The translations under genes were made by a program, and so were the position numbers. Positions 19,916 through 28,966 of a stretch of 64,000 bases of DNA are shown here, piece by piece. The notes beneath the pieces were generated by a model that saw only the letters and a list, made by a program, of their open reading frames with translations, was not told the DNA's origin and did not search any database. The DNA lies in the NCBI GenBank assembly GCA_031409655.1, contig JANNXQ010000066.1, positions 1-64,000 of the forward strand. Reading direction: 5' to 3'. Every line of letters begins with the position of its first letter. Position 1 is the stretch's first letter. This DNA is from Chthoniobacteraceae bacterium. GTDB lineage: Bacteria > Verrucomicrobiota > Verrucomicrobiia > Chthoniobacterales > Chthoniobacteraceae.

Positions 19916-20584
19916 TCACCGAAACCAGTGGCCAAAGTGCTCCCACGACGCGGCGACCACCTTCCAGCAGATGGCCAGGTAGATCCAAGAAGCCGCTCCG
20001 GAGACATAGCCCGCGAGCACGAGGAGACCGTCCCGCTCCATGAGCCCGGCGGCGAGGCACATGATCGAGATCGCTGGGAAAAGATTACTGAACGGGATGG
20101 GCAACGGCAGCGACAGGATGAAGCCGCCAGAGATGATCCCGATTCCGATCAGGTTCACCATCCGCGGATGGGTGCGGAGAAAGTGCATCCGCGGGCGGAT
20201 CCGTTTCTCCATCTTTTCCACGACGGTGGCCACGGCTTTCACGATCCGCTCCAGGGTCCGATGCGGCACCGCTTTTTCCCGGATGAAACGGGGGAGCGCC
20301 GAGCGGTTTCCCACCGCGATCCGCAGGCCGAGCAGGCAGATCGCGACCCCAAAGGGCACCGAGAGTCCCGGTGCCGGCACGATGAATGGCGCCGCGAGGA
20401 CCAGGATGAGCATGGCCACGCCGCGCCCGCGCAAGATGCCCTCGATCTCACCGATCGTGATCGCCCGCCCGGCCGCTTGCACCAGGATCGCGCGCAGATC
20501 CTCCGAGAGCCGATGCGGCACCTCTTCTTCAGGCGGGACGCCCGGCACCGAAGGCGGATCAGTGAGAGGATGAGGAGCGGGCAT
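19916..20584 (-). CDS. exoD: ExoD-family exopolysaccharide synthesis protein
   Basis: RG...LILVLAAP, PGLS, RPR, LPLPIPFSN, ERDG. Confidence 0.85.
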   Translation of the reverse strand: MPAPHPLTDPPSVPGVPPEEEVPHRLSEDLRAILVQAAGRAITIGEIEGILRGRGVAMLILVLAAPFIVPAPGLSVPFGVAICLLGLRIAVGNRSALPRFIREKAVPHRTLERIVKAVATVVEKMEKRIRPRMHFLRTHPRMVNLIGIGIISGGFILSLPLPIPFSNLFPAISIMCLAAGLMERDGLLVLAGYVSGAASWIYLAICWKVVAASWEHFGHWFR

Positions 20585-21288
20585 CACGTTTTTTCACTGC
20601 CAGCACTCGCATCAACCGCGCCGCGCGCGAGCCCCCATCCAAAAATCGTGAGCGCCACGCCCAACACCCACGGTAAAATGTGATGCAGCCGATGCGCCAT
20701 CGCCGCCCCGACCCAGCCAATGACGATCTCGTCCTTGAGAATCATCTCCATGGCCACAAACCCCAGTACGCCACTGCCCAGCCAGATGATCCAGCGATGC
20801 GTCTGCATCAGGTTTGCCAACAACCCGCTCCCCCACACCACCAGCGGGATGGAAAGCAGCAGGCCGAAAATCACCAGCTTCATGTCCCCCTGCGCCGCGC
20901 CCGAGATCGCCAGCACATTGTCCAGGCTCATCACGACGTCGGCCACGATGATAATCCAGATTGCCTCCTTCAAACTCGCCGCGTGCCGGCCACTTTCCCC
21001 ATCTTCCTCAGTGCCGCGCAGGAGCTTGATCGCGATCCAGATCAGGGCCAATCCGCCCACCAACCGCAGCGCCGGCACCTTCATCAAGTAGGACACCGCC
21101 GCGATGAAAATCACGCGCAGGGCCACCGCTCCCGCCGTCCCCCAGATCCTCCCCCAAAACTGCTGCTGCGGAGGCAAGGCTCGGACGGCGAGCGCAATGA
21201 CCAGCGCATTGTCCCCCGCTAGGCAGAGATCGAGAATGACGATGCGGAACCATCGCCCCCAGAAGGCGGGATCAGTCAGGAATTCCAT
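20584..21288 (-). CDS. TerC/YjbE-family membrane protein
   Basis: DLCLAGDNALVIALA, ADVVMSLDNVLAI, GLLLSIP. Confidence 0.9.
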   Translation of the reverse strand: MEFLTDPAFWGRWFRIVILDLCLAGDNALVIALAVRALPPQQQFWGRIWGTAGAVALRVIFIAAVSYLMKVPALRLVGGLALIWIAIKLLRGTEEDGESGRHAASLKEAIWIIIVADVVMSLDNVLAISGAAQGDMKLVIFGLLLSIPLVVWGSGLLANLMQTHRWIIWLGSGVLGFVAMEMILKDEIVIGWVGAAMAHRLHHILPWVLGVALTIFGWGLARGAVDASAGSEKT

Positions 21289-21406
21289 GAAAGCGAAGGG
21301 TGCATGAAGGAGGCAAACGGGGAGCTGTGTCTAGGGCTGTTTCCCGCAGGCGGCAACTTCTATGCGCGCGCCGAATCAGTCCGCATTCCGGCGGCAACCG
21401 GAGGAA

Positions 21407-22309
21407 TCAGTGCGCGTCCTCGCCCCCCGGCCAGCGGGCGAGACTTTCTTCGTGAAAGTGGCGGGCCCGGCGCAGGCGGCGCAGGACTCCGTAGCGCGGA
21501 CTGAAGAGAAAGGCGGTGAAGAAAATCGCGCCAAGCACGAGGACGATCGCGGCGCCCGAAGGCAGATTATTCACGCGATAGCTGAGGAAGAGACCCACGA
21601 CCGAGCCAAACATTCCGAGAAATCCCCCACCCCAGAGCATCGCCGGGAAACTGTCGCAGAGCATATAGACCGTCGCCGCAGGCGCGATGAGCAGGCCGAG
21701 GAGGAGGATCACGCCGACCGCTTGCAGCGAGGAAATCATCGTGAGCACGAGCAGGACGATGAGCAGGAAATTCAGCGCGCCGACTCGCACTCCCTGACTG
21801 CGGGCCACCGCTGGCTCGAAGAGCGCGAGCAGATACGGCCTTTGCAATCCGGCGAGCACCGGCACCGCGACCAACGCCACGGCCCAAGCGATCCACAGAT
21901 CGCTATCCGAGAGCCCGAGGATATTCCCGAAGAGATAGTGCATGAGCGAAACCCGAACCGGCACAAAGGCCAGCAGCACGAGTCCCGCCGAGAAGGCGAC
22001 GGTGTAGAGGATCGCCAGCGCGGTATCTTCCTTGAGGCGGGAATTGCGCGCGATCAACTGCGCCCCGAGCGCCACGAAAAGCGCGGCGACAAGTGCGCCC
22101 ACAAAGAGCCCCGCCGGGGCCAGACCAAAGAGCATCACGCCCACCGCCAGCCCCGGGAGCAGCGAGTGCGAAAGCGAATCCGCCATCAGCGCCAGCCGCC
22201 GCAGCACGACGAACGCACCGAGAAATCCTGCGGTGAAACCGATGAGCGCCCCACCCAGCAGCGCGCGCCGCATGAACTCCTGCTGAAATGGTTCCGTGAG
22301 CCAGTTCAT
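21407..22309 (-). CDS. Zn/Mn ABC transporter permease
   Basis: VLRR.ALMADSLSH..LPG, HYLFGNIL, LLIAPAATV. Confidence 0.92.
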   Translation of the reverse strand: MNWLTEPFQQEFMRRALLGGALIGFTAGFLGAFVVLRRLALMADSLSHSLLPGLAVGVMLFGLAPAGLFVGALVAALFVALGAQLIARNSRLKEDTALAILYTVAFSAGLVLLAFVPVRVSLMHYLFGNILGLSDSDLWIAWAVALVAVPVLAGLQRPYLLALFEPAVARSQGVRVGALNFLLIVLLVLTMISSLQAVGVILLLGLLIAPAATVYMLCDSFPAMLWGGGFLGMFGSVVGLFLSYRVNNLPSGAAIVLVLGAIFFTAFLFSPRYGVLRRLRRARHFHEESLARWPGGEDAH

Positions 22310-23070
22310 GCGCCGTGGTGCAGGTGGTGATGATGCTGCGGGGCCGGCCCGGAAAAGACCCGCGTGCTGTAAGTCTTCGCGATGTTCTCCTCGGTAAAAA
22401 CCTCGCCCACCTGACCAGCCGCGATCAATTCGCCATTGAGGAGCAGCACGCGGTCGAAAATTTCCGGCACCGTCGCGAGATCGTGATGCGAGGCGAGCAC
22501 CAGTTTCCCCGCGTCCCGGAGCTGCCGGATGAGCACCTTGAGACTCTGCTGCGTGGGCTGATCGAGGCCGGTGAAAGGTTCATCGAAGAGAAAGACGTGC
22601 GCCTCCTGAGCCAGCGCCCGCGCCAGGAAAGCGCGCTGCTGCTGCCCCCCGGACAGCGCGCTGATCTGCCGATCCTCGAGGTCGCCCAATTGCATCGCCT
22701 CCAGCGCGGAATCGACCGCCGCGCGATCGACGGCATCAAAGCTCCGCCACCAACCGACGCGGATGTAGCGCCCCATTTCCACCAGTCCGCGCACCGTCGC
22801 CGGGAAATCCCAGTCCACCTCCTCACGCTGCGGCAGATAGGCAAAATCCTGCGTCGCCCCGCGCACCGCGTGACCGTGAAAGCTGATGCTCCCCGTCTCG
22901 ACAGGGAGCAGCCCGGCGAGCGCCTTGAGCAGGGTGGACTTCCCCGCGCCATTTGGCCCGAGTAGCGCGACGCACTGCCCGCAGTGAACCTCGAAGCCGA
23001 TGTGATGCAATGCCGGCACGCGGTTGTAGCTCACGGTGAGATCGGCGACGGCGAGTTGGTGGGAAGACAT
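22306..23070 (-). CDS. Zn/Mn ABC transporter ATP-binding protein
   Basis: GPNGAGKST, YLPQR..VDWDFP, LSGGQQQR, His-rich tail. Confidence 0.92.
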   Translation of the reverse strand: MSSHQLAVADLTVSYNRVPALHHIGFEVHCGQCVALLGPNGAGKSTLLKALAGLLPVETGSISFHGHAVRGATQDFAYLPQREEVDWDFPATVRGLVEMGRYIRVGWWRSFDAVDRAAVDSALEAMQLGDLEDRQISALSGGQQQRAFLARALAQEAHVFLFDEPFTGLDQPTQQSLKVLIRQLRDAGKLVLASHHDLATVPEIFDRVLLLNGELIAAGQVGEVFTEENIAKTYSTRVFSGPAPQHHHHLHHGA

Positions 23071-23093
23071 CGGCGTCAGGGGGCGGCCAGAGC

Positions 23094-23173
23094 ACGCCAA
23101 ACTTCAAACGAAGGGCGCGCGTATTCCGATGGGTTCATTTGGAGTTTAGCGTTTGAAGTTTGAAGTTTGGCGT
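23094..23173. repeat. Inverted heptamer repeat hairpin (AAACTTC / GAAGTTT)
   Basis: acgccaaacttcaaacg ... cgtttgaagtttgaagtttggcgt. Confidence 0.75.
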
Positions 23174-23188
23174 TTTCGCCGAAGCAAC

Positions 23189-23605
23189 TCACGGAAAGCT
23201 CAACACCTCATCAATCTCCCCCCTGCCCCAGCACGTCTTTTCATGCTCCCCGCCTTCGGGATCCGTGAGCCGCACCCGCATCGCCGCGAGCGGCGCACCA
23301 TCCGGAAACTTGGCCTCAAACTCCAGATCCACGCCTTCCTTCGGAAAGAGCAGCGAGACCGTATGTTCGAGCTCCACCTCCGTTGGCTGCGCGGTCCAGA
23401 TTTCCTTCCCGAGATGCCGCACCCGCACGCTCGTCGGCCGCACCGTGAAGGTGAGCGCCAGCCGGACCTCGGCCACCATCTCCGCGCTCGGCGCCACCTC
23501 CGCTGCGACCACCACCGGCGCCCGCGTCATCCGCGCCAGCGGAAACCCGAGCAGCAGGATGAAGCCAAACGCCAGCAAGGCGCGGAACAAAGGCGAACCG
23601 CGCAT
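23189..23605 (-). CDS. Hypothetical membrane-anchored protein in the metal ABC operon
   Basis: Abuts the substrate-binding gene; N-terminal TM. Confidence 0.65.
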   Translation of the reverse strand: MRGSPLFRALLAFGFILLLGFPLARMTRAPVVVAAEVAPSAEMVAEVRLALTFTVRPTSVRVRHLGKEIWTAQPTEVELEHTVSLLFPKEGVDLEFEAKFPDGAPLAAMRVRLTDPEGGEHEKTCWGRGEIDEVLSFP

Positions 23606-24487
23606 CTACTTCAGCCCGTCCACGATCGCCGTCACATTGTGTTTGTACATGCCTTCGTAGGTCGAGGCGCCACCTTCGCCGAGCCCATCGCCGTAAAGTT
23701 CCGCACCGATCTTCGCCCCAGTTTCGCGCGTGATCTCCTTGAGCACTTTTGGGTTCGCGAGACTCTCCGGGAAGACGGCCTTCACGCCCTGCTCCTTGAT
23801 GGTCTTCACGATCTCCGCGACTTTCTTTGAGGAAGGTTGATCTGCCTTCGAAACCCCCTCGACCGCATAGATCGTAAACCCGTTCTCTTTTGCGAAATAC
23901 TGAAACGCCTCGTGCGATGTCACGAGCTTCCGTTGATTGCGCGGCAGCTCCGCGAGCTTTCGCTTCGCCCACTTCTCGAGGGCGTCGAGTTGTGCGAGAT
24001 ATTTGTCCGCACTCGTGCCGAAGGCCGCCTTGTCCCCGGGACTGACCTTGCTCAGCACATCGCGCACGACCTTCGTCGCCTTTTCCATATTCCCGATGCT
24101 GTGCCACCAGTGCGGATCATCGACCATCTGCGAGGGATCATGGTGGTCCGCGATCTTTAGCGAGCCAAAATTATCACCCACTTCGACGAGCAGGCCTTTC
24201 GCTCCCGCGCCCTGCTGCAGTTTGCCCACATAGCCTTCCATGTGTTTGGCGGAAAGCAGGATGAGTTGCGCGCTCGCGACGATCTTCAAGTCTGCCGGCT
24301 TCGGCTGAAAATCGTGAGGATCAATCCCCGGCTTCACATGCCCCGTCACGGCTACACGTTCGCCACCCACTTGATTGACGATCTCCGTGAGAATCGTGGA
24401 AAAGCTCGAAACCCGGATTTTTTCGGCGGCCCGAGCGGGCGCCACGGCTAAAACGAAAGAGAGGAGTGGTGAGAGGTATTTGATCAC
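23606..24487 (-). CDS. Zn/Mn ABC transporter substrate-binding protein
   Basis: DPHDF.P, DPHWW, VTSHEAF.YF. Confidence 0.92.
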   Translation of the reverse strand: MIKYLSPLLSFVLAVAPARAAEKIRVSSFSTILTEIVNQVGGERVAVTGHVKPGIDPHDFQPKPADLKIVASAQLILLSAKHMEGYVGKLQQGAGAKGLLVEVGDNFGSLKIADHHDPSQMVDDPHWWHSIGNMEKATKVVRDVLSKVSPGDKAAFGTSADKYLAQLDALEKWAKRKLAELPRNQRKLVTSHEAFQYFAKENGFTIYAVEGVSKADQPSSKKVAEIVKTIKEQGVKAVFPESLANPKVLKEITRETGAKIGAELYGDGLGEGGASTYEGMYKHNVTAIVDGLK

Positions 24488-24515
24488 CCGAAGACCCTAG
24501 CCGCCCGCCGCCCCT

Positions 24516-24532
24516 TTGCAAAGAGATTGCAA
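24516..24532. promoter_or_regulatory. Putative Fur/Zur-family operator TTGCAA-N5-TTGCAA
   Basis: Dyad symmetry about 30 bp upstream of the metal ABC operon. Confidence 0.5.
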
Positions 24533-24719
24533 CAGCAACCTCCGGAAAAACACTACTTCCCCGACGGCACCCCTACGCCTTCGACTTCACTCCGACCTTC
24601 TCTTGGTCCTGCCGCTCAAGCTCCTGCTTTGCGAAGTCTTGGGCCGCAAGGAGCCCCTTACCCACAAGGAGAGTCACCATTAGGCCCAGGAAAAAAATCG
24701 GGATCACATATTCCATGGC

Positions 24720-24914
24720 CTAGTCCTTTTTCCTAACAGTGATCCCCGTGCCGAGGATGACCACTCTAACTCCAACCCAAAGACTCAAAATGCTCGGAAC
24801 CCAGATGCCGACAAAAATCCCGTAATCGTGGCTGACAAAAAACCAAAGCGAGACACTTGCCACGAAGCTCGCAAATGCGCCGATCAAGAATGGGTAGTCA
24901 ATCTTATGGAACAT
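24720..24914 (-). CDS. Small two-TM membrane protein
   Basis: GIFVGIWVPSIL motif shared with 28740-28955. Confidence 0.7.
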   Translation of the reverse strand: MFHKIDYPFLIGAFASFVASVSLWFFVSHDYGIFVGIWVPSILSLWVGVRVVILGTGITVRKKD

Positions 24915-24946
24915 GGAGATTTATTTAGAAAACTGCAGCAACCAAG

Positions 24947-24979
24947 CGCGGGGCTGGGGCACCAGGCCCCCAGCCCCGC
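24947..24979 (-). terminator. Hairpin downstream of the fasciclin gene
   Basis: gcggggctgggg-caccaggc-ccccagccccgc; weak U-tract. Confidence 0.5.
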
Positions 24980-24991
24980 AATGGAGGCTAA

Positions 24992-25486
24992 TTAGGGAAG
25001 AAGAACGGTGTCGATGACGTGGATGACGCCATTGCTCGCGGCAATATCGGTCTTCACGACCGTGGCCCCACCAACCGTCACCTTGCCGTCGGCTACCTTG
25101 ATGGCCACTTCCTTGCCGTTCACGGTTTTTGGACTGGAGGTTTTGACGTCTGCCGCCATCACTTTACCAGACAACACGTGGTAGGTCAGGATGCCCGCGA
25201 GCTTCTCCTTGTTCTCGGGCTTGAGGAGGCCTTCTACAGTGCCCGCTGGCAGCTTGGCGAAAGCGTCGTCGGTCGGCGCGAAGACCGTGAAGGGCCCCTT
25301 GCCATTCAAGGTATCGACCAAACCTGCGGCTTTCACGGCCGCGACCAAGGTGTTGAACTGGCCGGCGCCAGCAGCAACTCCGACGATCGTCTTCTCTTCG
25401 GCAGCCGACAGGTTGGTGGTGATGAGGGCGAGCGCCGCAGCGAAAGCCGTGGTGATTAGGGTGCGTTTATTCATAGGGTTTTGCAT
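24992..25486 (-). CDS. Secreted fasciclin (FAS1) domain protein
   Basis: [32 protein letters not shown]. Confidence 0.95.
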   Translation of the reverse strand: MQNPMNKRTLITTAFAAALALITTNLSAAEEKTIVGVAAGAGQFNTLVAAVKAAGLVDTLNGKGPFTVFAPTDDAFAKLPAGTVEGLLKPENKEKLAGILTYHVLSGKVMAADVKTSSPKTVNGKEVAIKVADGKVTVGGATVVKTDIAASNGVIHVIDTVLLP

Positions 25487-25581
25487 TGAGTTACTGAGTT
25501 TGTTTGCAGGGCGTTAATTCGCTTCTGCAAATGACCAAACGCTTCATGTCACGCGGCGGCTGCGGAATTAGTTCTCGAAAT

Positions 25582-27213
25582 TTACTCCGCCCCTGCATCC
25601 GCCACTCGCCGCCGCTCGTTCCAGCCGCCACTCACCCCGCATCTTTGCCGCACTTGCTCAGCTTGGTCTCGGATGGCGGCTTTCTCCTCCTCATCGAGCC
25701 GCTTGAGATTGCGCACTTGCATCACGACGCGTGGGTTTTTCGCCAGTACGGCCTCGTGGCGCCGCAAGAAGTCCCAGTACAATGTCGTGAAGGGACAGGC
25801 GCGGGGGCCGATGCGCTCGGCTGGATCGAAGCGGCAGCCAGTACAGTAGTTCGACATGCGCTGGATGTATTTGCCGCTCGCGATGTAGGGCTTCGAGGCC
25901 ATCACACCGCCGTCGGCGTATTGCGACATGCCGAGCGTGTTGGGCAGCTCCACCCATTCCACGGCATCGACATACACGGCGAGATACCACTCATGGACTT
26001 CCCGCGGGCGCACCCCGAGCAGCAGCGAGAAAAGGCCGGTGACCATGAGGCGCTGGATGTGGTGCGCGTAGCCGTGGTCGAGCGTTTGGCGGAGCGCATG
26101 GCGCAGGCAGTTCATCTCCGTCTCGCCGGTCCAGTAGAAAGGCGGGAGCGGCTCGCCAGCGCCGAGGGTGTTGCGTTCCACGTAGCCGGGCATGAAGCGC
26201 CAGTAGATGCTGCGCACAAATTCCCGCCAGCCAAGGATCTGCCGGATGAATCCCTCCACGCTCGCGATCGGGGCGCGCTTTTCGCGCCATGCGCGCTCGG
26301 CCGCGGCGAGCACTTCGCGGGGATCGAGCAGCTTGAGATTCAGCGCAGCGCTCAGGCGCGAGTGGTAGAGCCACGGCTCACCCGACCACATCGCGTCCTC
26401 CCAGCGCCCAAAGTCAGGGAGCCGGTGCGCGATGAAATCATCGAGCGCCGAACGCGCCTCCGCGGCGGTCACGGGCCAGTCGAATTTTTCCAGCTCCCCC
26501 GGATGCTTCGCAAAACGCGCGGAAACCATGGCAAGCACCACGCGCGTCGTCTTGTCCGGCGCGAAGCGACGCGGCGCAGGGAGAAGCCCGGGGCCGTCCT
26601 TGCCGAAGGATTCGCGATTGTCGTGATCGAAGTTCCACTCACCGCCAGCAGGCTTGTCGCCGTCCATGAGCACGCCAGTCTTCACCCGCATCTCGCGGTA
26701 GAAATATTCCATGCGCAGTTGCTTCCGGCCTTTCACGTGCGCATCGAACTCCGCAGCCGTGCAGAAAAAGTGGCGGTCGGCACGCATCTCCAAGGGCACT
26801 TCCCCATCGCGAGCGGCGGTGGCGATTTCCTCGCGCACACTCCACTCGCCAGGCTCGACGATGATGATCCTTTCCGGATGCGTCTGCGCGATGGTCCACG
26901 CGAGTTGCGCGGCGAAGGTTTCGCCGGGAGTTCCCTTGCCGGTCAGGCCGCTCCAGTCCGCAGCTTTTACCGTGAGCGCACGATAGAAGACTCGCCAGCC
27001 GCGCGCCAGCAGGGCATCGCGAAAGTGGCGCATCGCAGCGAGGAAGATGGCGATGCGCGGCTTCGCCACCCAAACCTTCTCCGATTCGTGCGCCACCTCC
27101 ACCATCCAGATGGCATCCGAGCGCGGGTCGAAGTCATCGAAGGCTGCCGAGCGCTCGTCGAGTTGATCGCCAAGAACAATCACGAGGTTCCGCACTTTAG
27201 CGCCACGCTTCAT
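25582..27213 (-). CDS. phrB: Fe-S cluster cryptochrome/(6-4) photolyase (PhrB/CryB class)
   Basis: VLGDQL, WNFDHDNR, RQILGWREF, YAHHIQRLM; four Cys (NC, YC.GC, ACPF). Confidence 0.9.
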   Translation of the reverse strand: MKRGAKVRNLVIVLGDQLDERSAAFDDFDPRSDAIWMVEVAHESEKVWVAKPRIAIFLAAMRHFRDALLARGWRVFYRALTVKAADWSGLTGKGTPGETFAAQLAWTIAQTHPERIIIVEPGEWSVREEIATAARDGEVPLEMRADRHFFCTAAEFDAHVKGRKQLRMEYFYREMRVKTGVLMDGDKPAGGEWNFDHDNRESFGKDGPGLLPAPRRFAPDKTTRVVLAMVSARFAKHPGELEKFDWPVTAAEARSALDDFIAHRLPDFGRWEDAMWSGEPWLYHSRLSAALNLKLLDPREVLAAAERAWREKRAPIASVEGFIRQILGWREFVRSIYWRFMPGYVERNTLGAGEPLPPFYWTGETEMNCLRHALRQTLDHGYAHHIQRLMVTGLFSLLLGVRPREVHEWYLAVYVDAVEWVELPNTLGMSQYADGGVMASKPYIASGKYIQRMSNYCTGCRFDPAERIGPRACPFTTLYWDFLRRHEAVLAKNPRVVMQVRNLKRLDEEEKAAIRDQAEQVRQRCGVSGGWNERRRVADAGAE

Positions 27214-27311
27214 AGAATTTTCGTCATGCGTTCCCTACGCTTGGCGCGACCTCCTGGCCGCTGCCGCCATTTTACTTCCAGGTGGATAAATCAAGAAAAT
27301 GCCCTCAAGAA

Positions 27312-27337
27312 GTATCCGGGAGCTTATTCGCAGCGTA
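27312..27337 (+). promoter_or_regulatory. Putative ECF promoter GTATCC-N16-CGTA
   Basis: Same architecture recurs at 33579-33604(-), 42678-42704(+), 63289-63314(-). Confidence 0.45.
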
Positions 27338-27378
27338 CCTCCACTGGGTCGTAGTTTTTCGTCCCCCATTCGTTTCAA

Positions 27379-27954
27379 ATGCTCACAGATTTCTTACTCG
27401 ACCAAGCTTCGTCGTACACCACCGGGTCCATGACCATTGAGGAACGTGATAAATTTGAACTTGTGCTCGAGTTTCACGAAGAGCTGCGCGAATTCGTCGC
27501 GGGGCTAGCCGAAGTGGCTGTTGTCTTGATTACTTCCAATCAAACCGTTGCCCGTCCGGGACCTTCACCAATTCTGAAGGCACGCATCTCCAACCGCGTC
27601 GCGGGCCTTCGTCAGCAGACCAACCACGCGGGCGTGGTGATGTCCGGACCAAACGGCTTGGTTCAGTGGGTGAACCCAGCCTTCAGCGCGATGTGCGGCT
27701 ACTCGCTGGAAGAACTGCGTGGCAAAAATCTTGGCCCAATCCTTCAAGGCGAACAGACGGATCGCGAAACCGCGGAGCGGATGCGGCGCGCGGTGCATGA
27801 GCGGCGTTCCTGCGCGGAGACGATCCTCAACTACCGCAAGAACGGAACTCCGTATTGGGCTGAGGTCGCGATCACGCCGATCCTCGATGATACTGGCGAG
27901 CTGCTCTGGTTAGTCGCCCGCGAATGCGAACTCGCAGAACGGGCCGCCGCCTAG
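27379..27954 (+). CDS. Anti-sigma-like N-terminal domain fused to a PAS (LOV-like, Cys-less) domain
   Basis: N-term ASSY..GSM..EERDKFE...ELREFV...PSPILKARI; C-term WVNPAF..MCGYS.EELRGKN...LQGEQTD, NYRKNGTPYW. Confidence 0.75.
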   Translation: MLTDFLLDQASSYTTGSMTIEERDKFELVLEFHEELREFVAGLAEVAVVLITSNQTVARPGPSPILKARISNRVAGLRQQTNHAGVVMSGPNGLVQWVNPAFSAMCGYSLEELRGKNLGPILQGEQTDRETAERMRRAVHERRSCAETILNYRKNGTPYWAEVAITPILDDTGELLWLVARECELAERAAA

Positions 27955-27965
27955 GCAACTGGTTC

Positions 27966-28544
27966 TTAGAGCTCCGGACTGATCACCTCGCGCAGTTTCA
28001 TGAGGCCCCTTCGGATTCGGGCTTTGATCGTGCCAAGGGGCTCCTTGAGTCGCTCTGCAATTTCGGTCTGCGTGAGGGAGGAGAAGAAAGCGAGCTCGAT
28101 TGCTTCCCGCTGGTCTTTCGAGAGCTTCTGAATCGCTTCGCGCACGAGCTTATTAGATTCGCCCGAAGCCAGAGCGTCAAAAGAACTCCGGTCGTCGAAC
28201 TGTTCGAAAGTCTCCGACTCCCGCTGCACATCATCCTGAAGGCGATTCCGGCGTTGCGTCGAACGCAGGCGATCAATCGACTTGTTGCGCGTCAAGGTCA
28301 CGGCCCACGTCATCGGCTTCCCCCGCGTGGGATCGTAAAGCGGGGCCTTTTCCCAGATCTGGACGAAGACATCCTGAAGCACATCCTCGGCGGCTTCCTG
28401 ATTGTTCAGCACTCGATAAGCGGTCGAAAACAGAACGCCCGAAAAGCGCTCATAAAGCTCCTCAAAACTCCGCCGGTCTCCTTGCGCGACTCGACGCAAA
28501 AGCGCGATTTCGGCTTCGAGTTGTTGAGCAGGGTCAGGGTCCAT
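27966..28544 (-). CDS. ECF RNA polymerase sigma factor (SigK/RpoE-like)
   Basis: AEDVLQDVF..IW, TW...RNKSIDRLR, LTQTEIAE...PLGTIKARIRRG. Confidence 0.93.
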   Translation of the reverse strand: MDPDPAQQLEAEIALLRRVAQGDRRSFEELYERFSGVLFSTAYRVLNNQEAAEDVLQDVFVQIWEKAPLYDPTRGKPMTWAVTLTRNKSIDRLRSTQRRNRLQDDVQRESETFEQFDDRSSFDALASGESNKLVREAIQKLSKDQREAIELAFFSSLTQTEIAERLKEPLGTIKARIRRGLMKLREVISPEL

Positions 28545-28739
28545 CGGAGCGAAGCATGAGGGAGCAACCGCACGCTGACAACAGAAACCGGACTCTCCGC
28601 CTCCGTCCCGGCCTCTCAGAGGAGCGCTCGCTCGGACCGGGCACGCAAATAGTTCGCCAATCAATCACCTCCCCCGTTGACTCAATCCACCTCCCGTCCA
28701 GTTTGCAGCAAAACCAAAAATCACCCGGCACCAACTCGT

Positions 28740-28955
28740 ATGAAACCCGCTCAACTCAAACAGCTCAGCAATCTCTGCTTCATCCTCGGCTTCGCCTCGA
28801 TCATCGGCTCCATCGCCATCTGGTTCCTCACCGGTGGACAGGCCGCCGACACCCAGGCGCACGCCGAGCGCTTCGGCATCTTCGTCGGACTGTGGGCGCC
28901 GACGTTTTTCATCCTCTCGAACCGCTTCGACCGCTACGCGGAAAAAGCGTCCTGA
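28740..28955 (+). CDS. Small two-TM membrane protein
   Basis: AERFGIFVGLWAPTF motif; similar to 24720-24914. Confidence 0.75.
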   Translation: MKPAQLKQLSNLCFILGFASIIGSIAIWFLTGGQAADTQAHAERFGIFVGLWAPTFFILSNRFDRYAEKAS

Positions 28956-28966
28956 CCACGCCAAAC

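Noticed and set aside
27379..27954. Canonical LOV blue-light photoreceptor
   Set aside because: Lacks the adduct-forming Cys of GXNCRFLQ; reported only as a LOV-like PAS.
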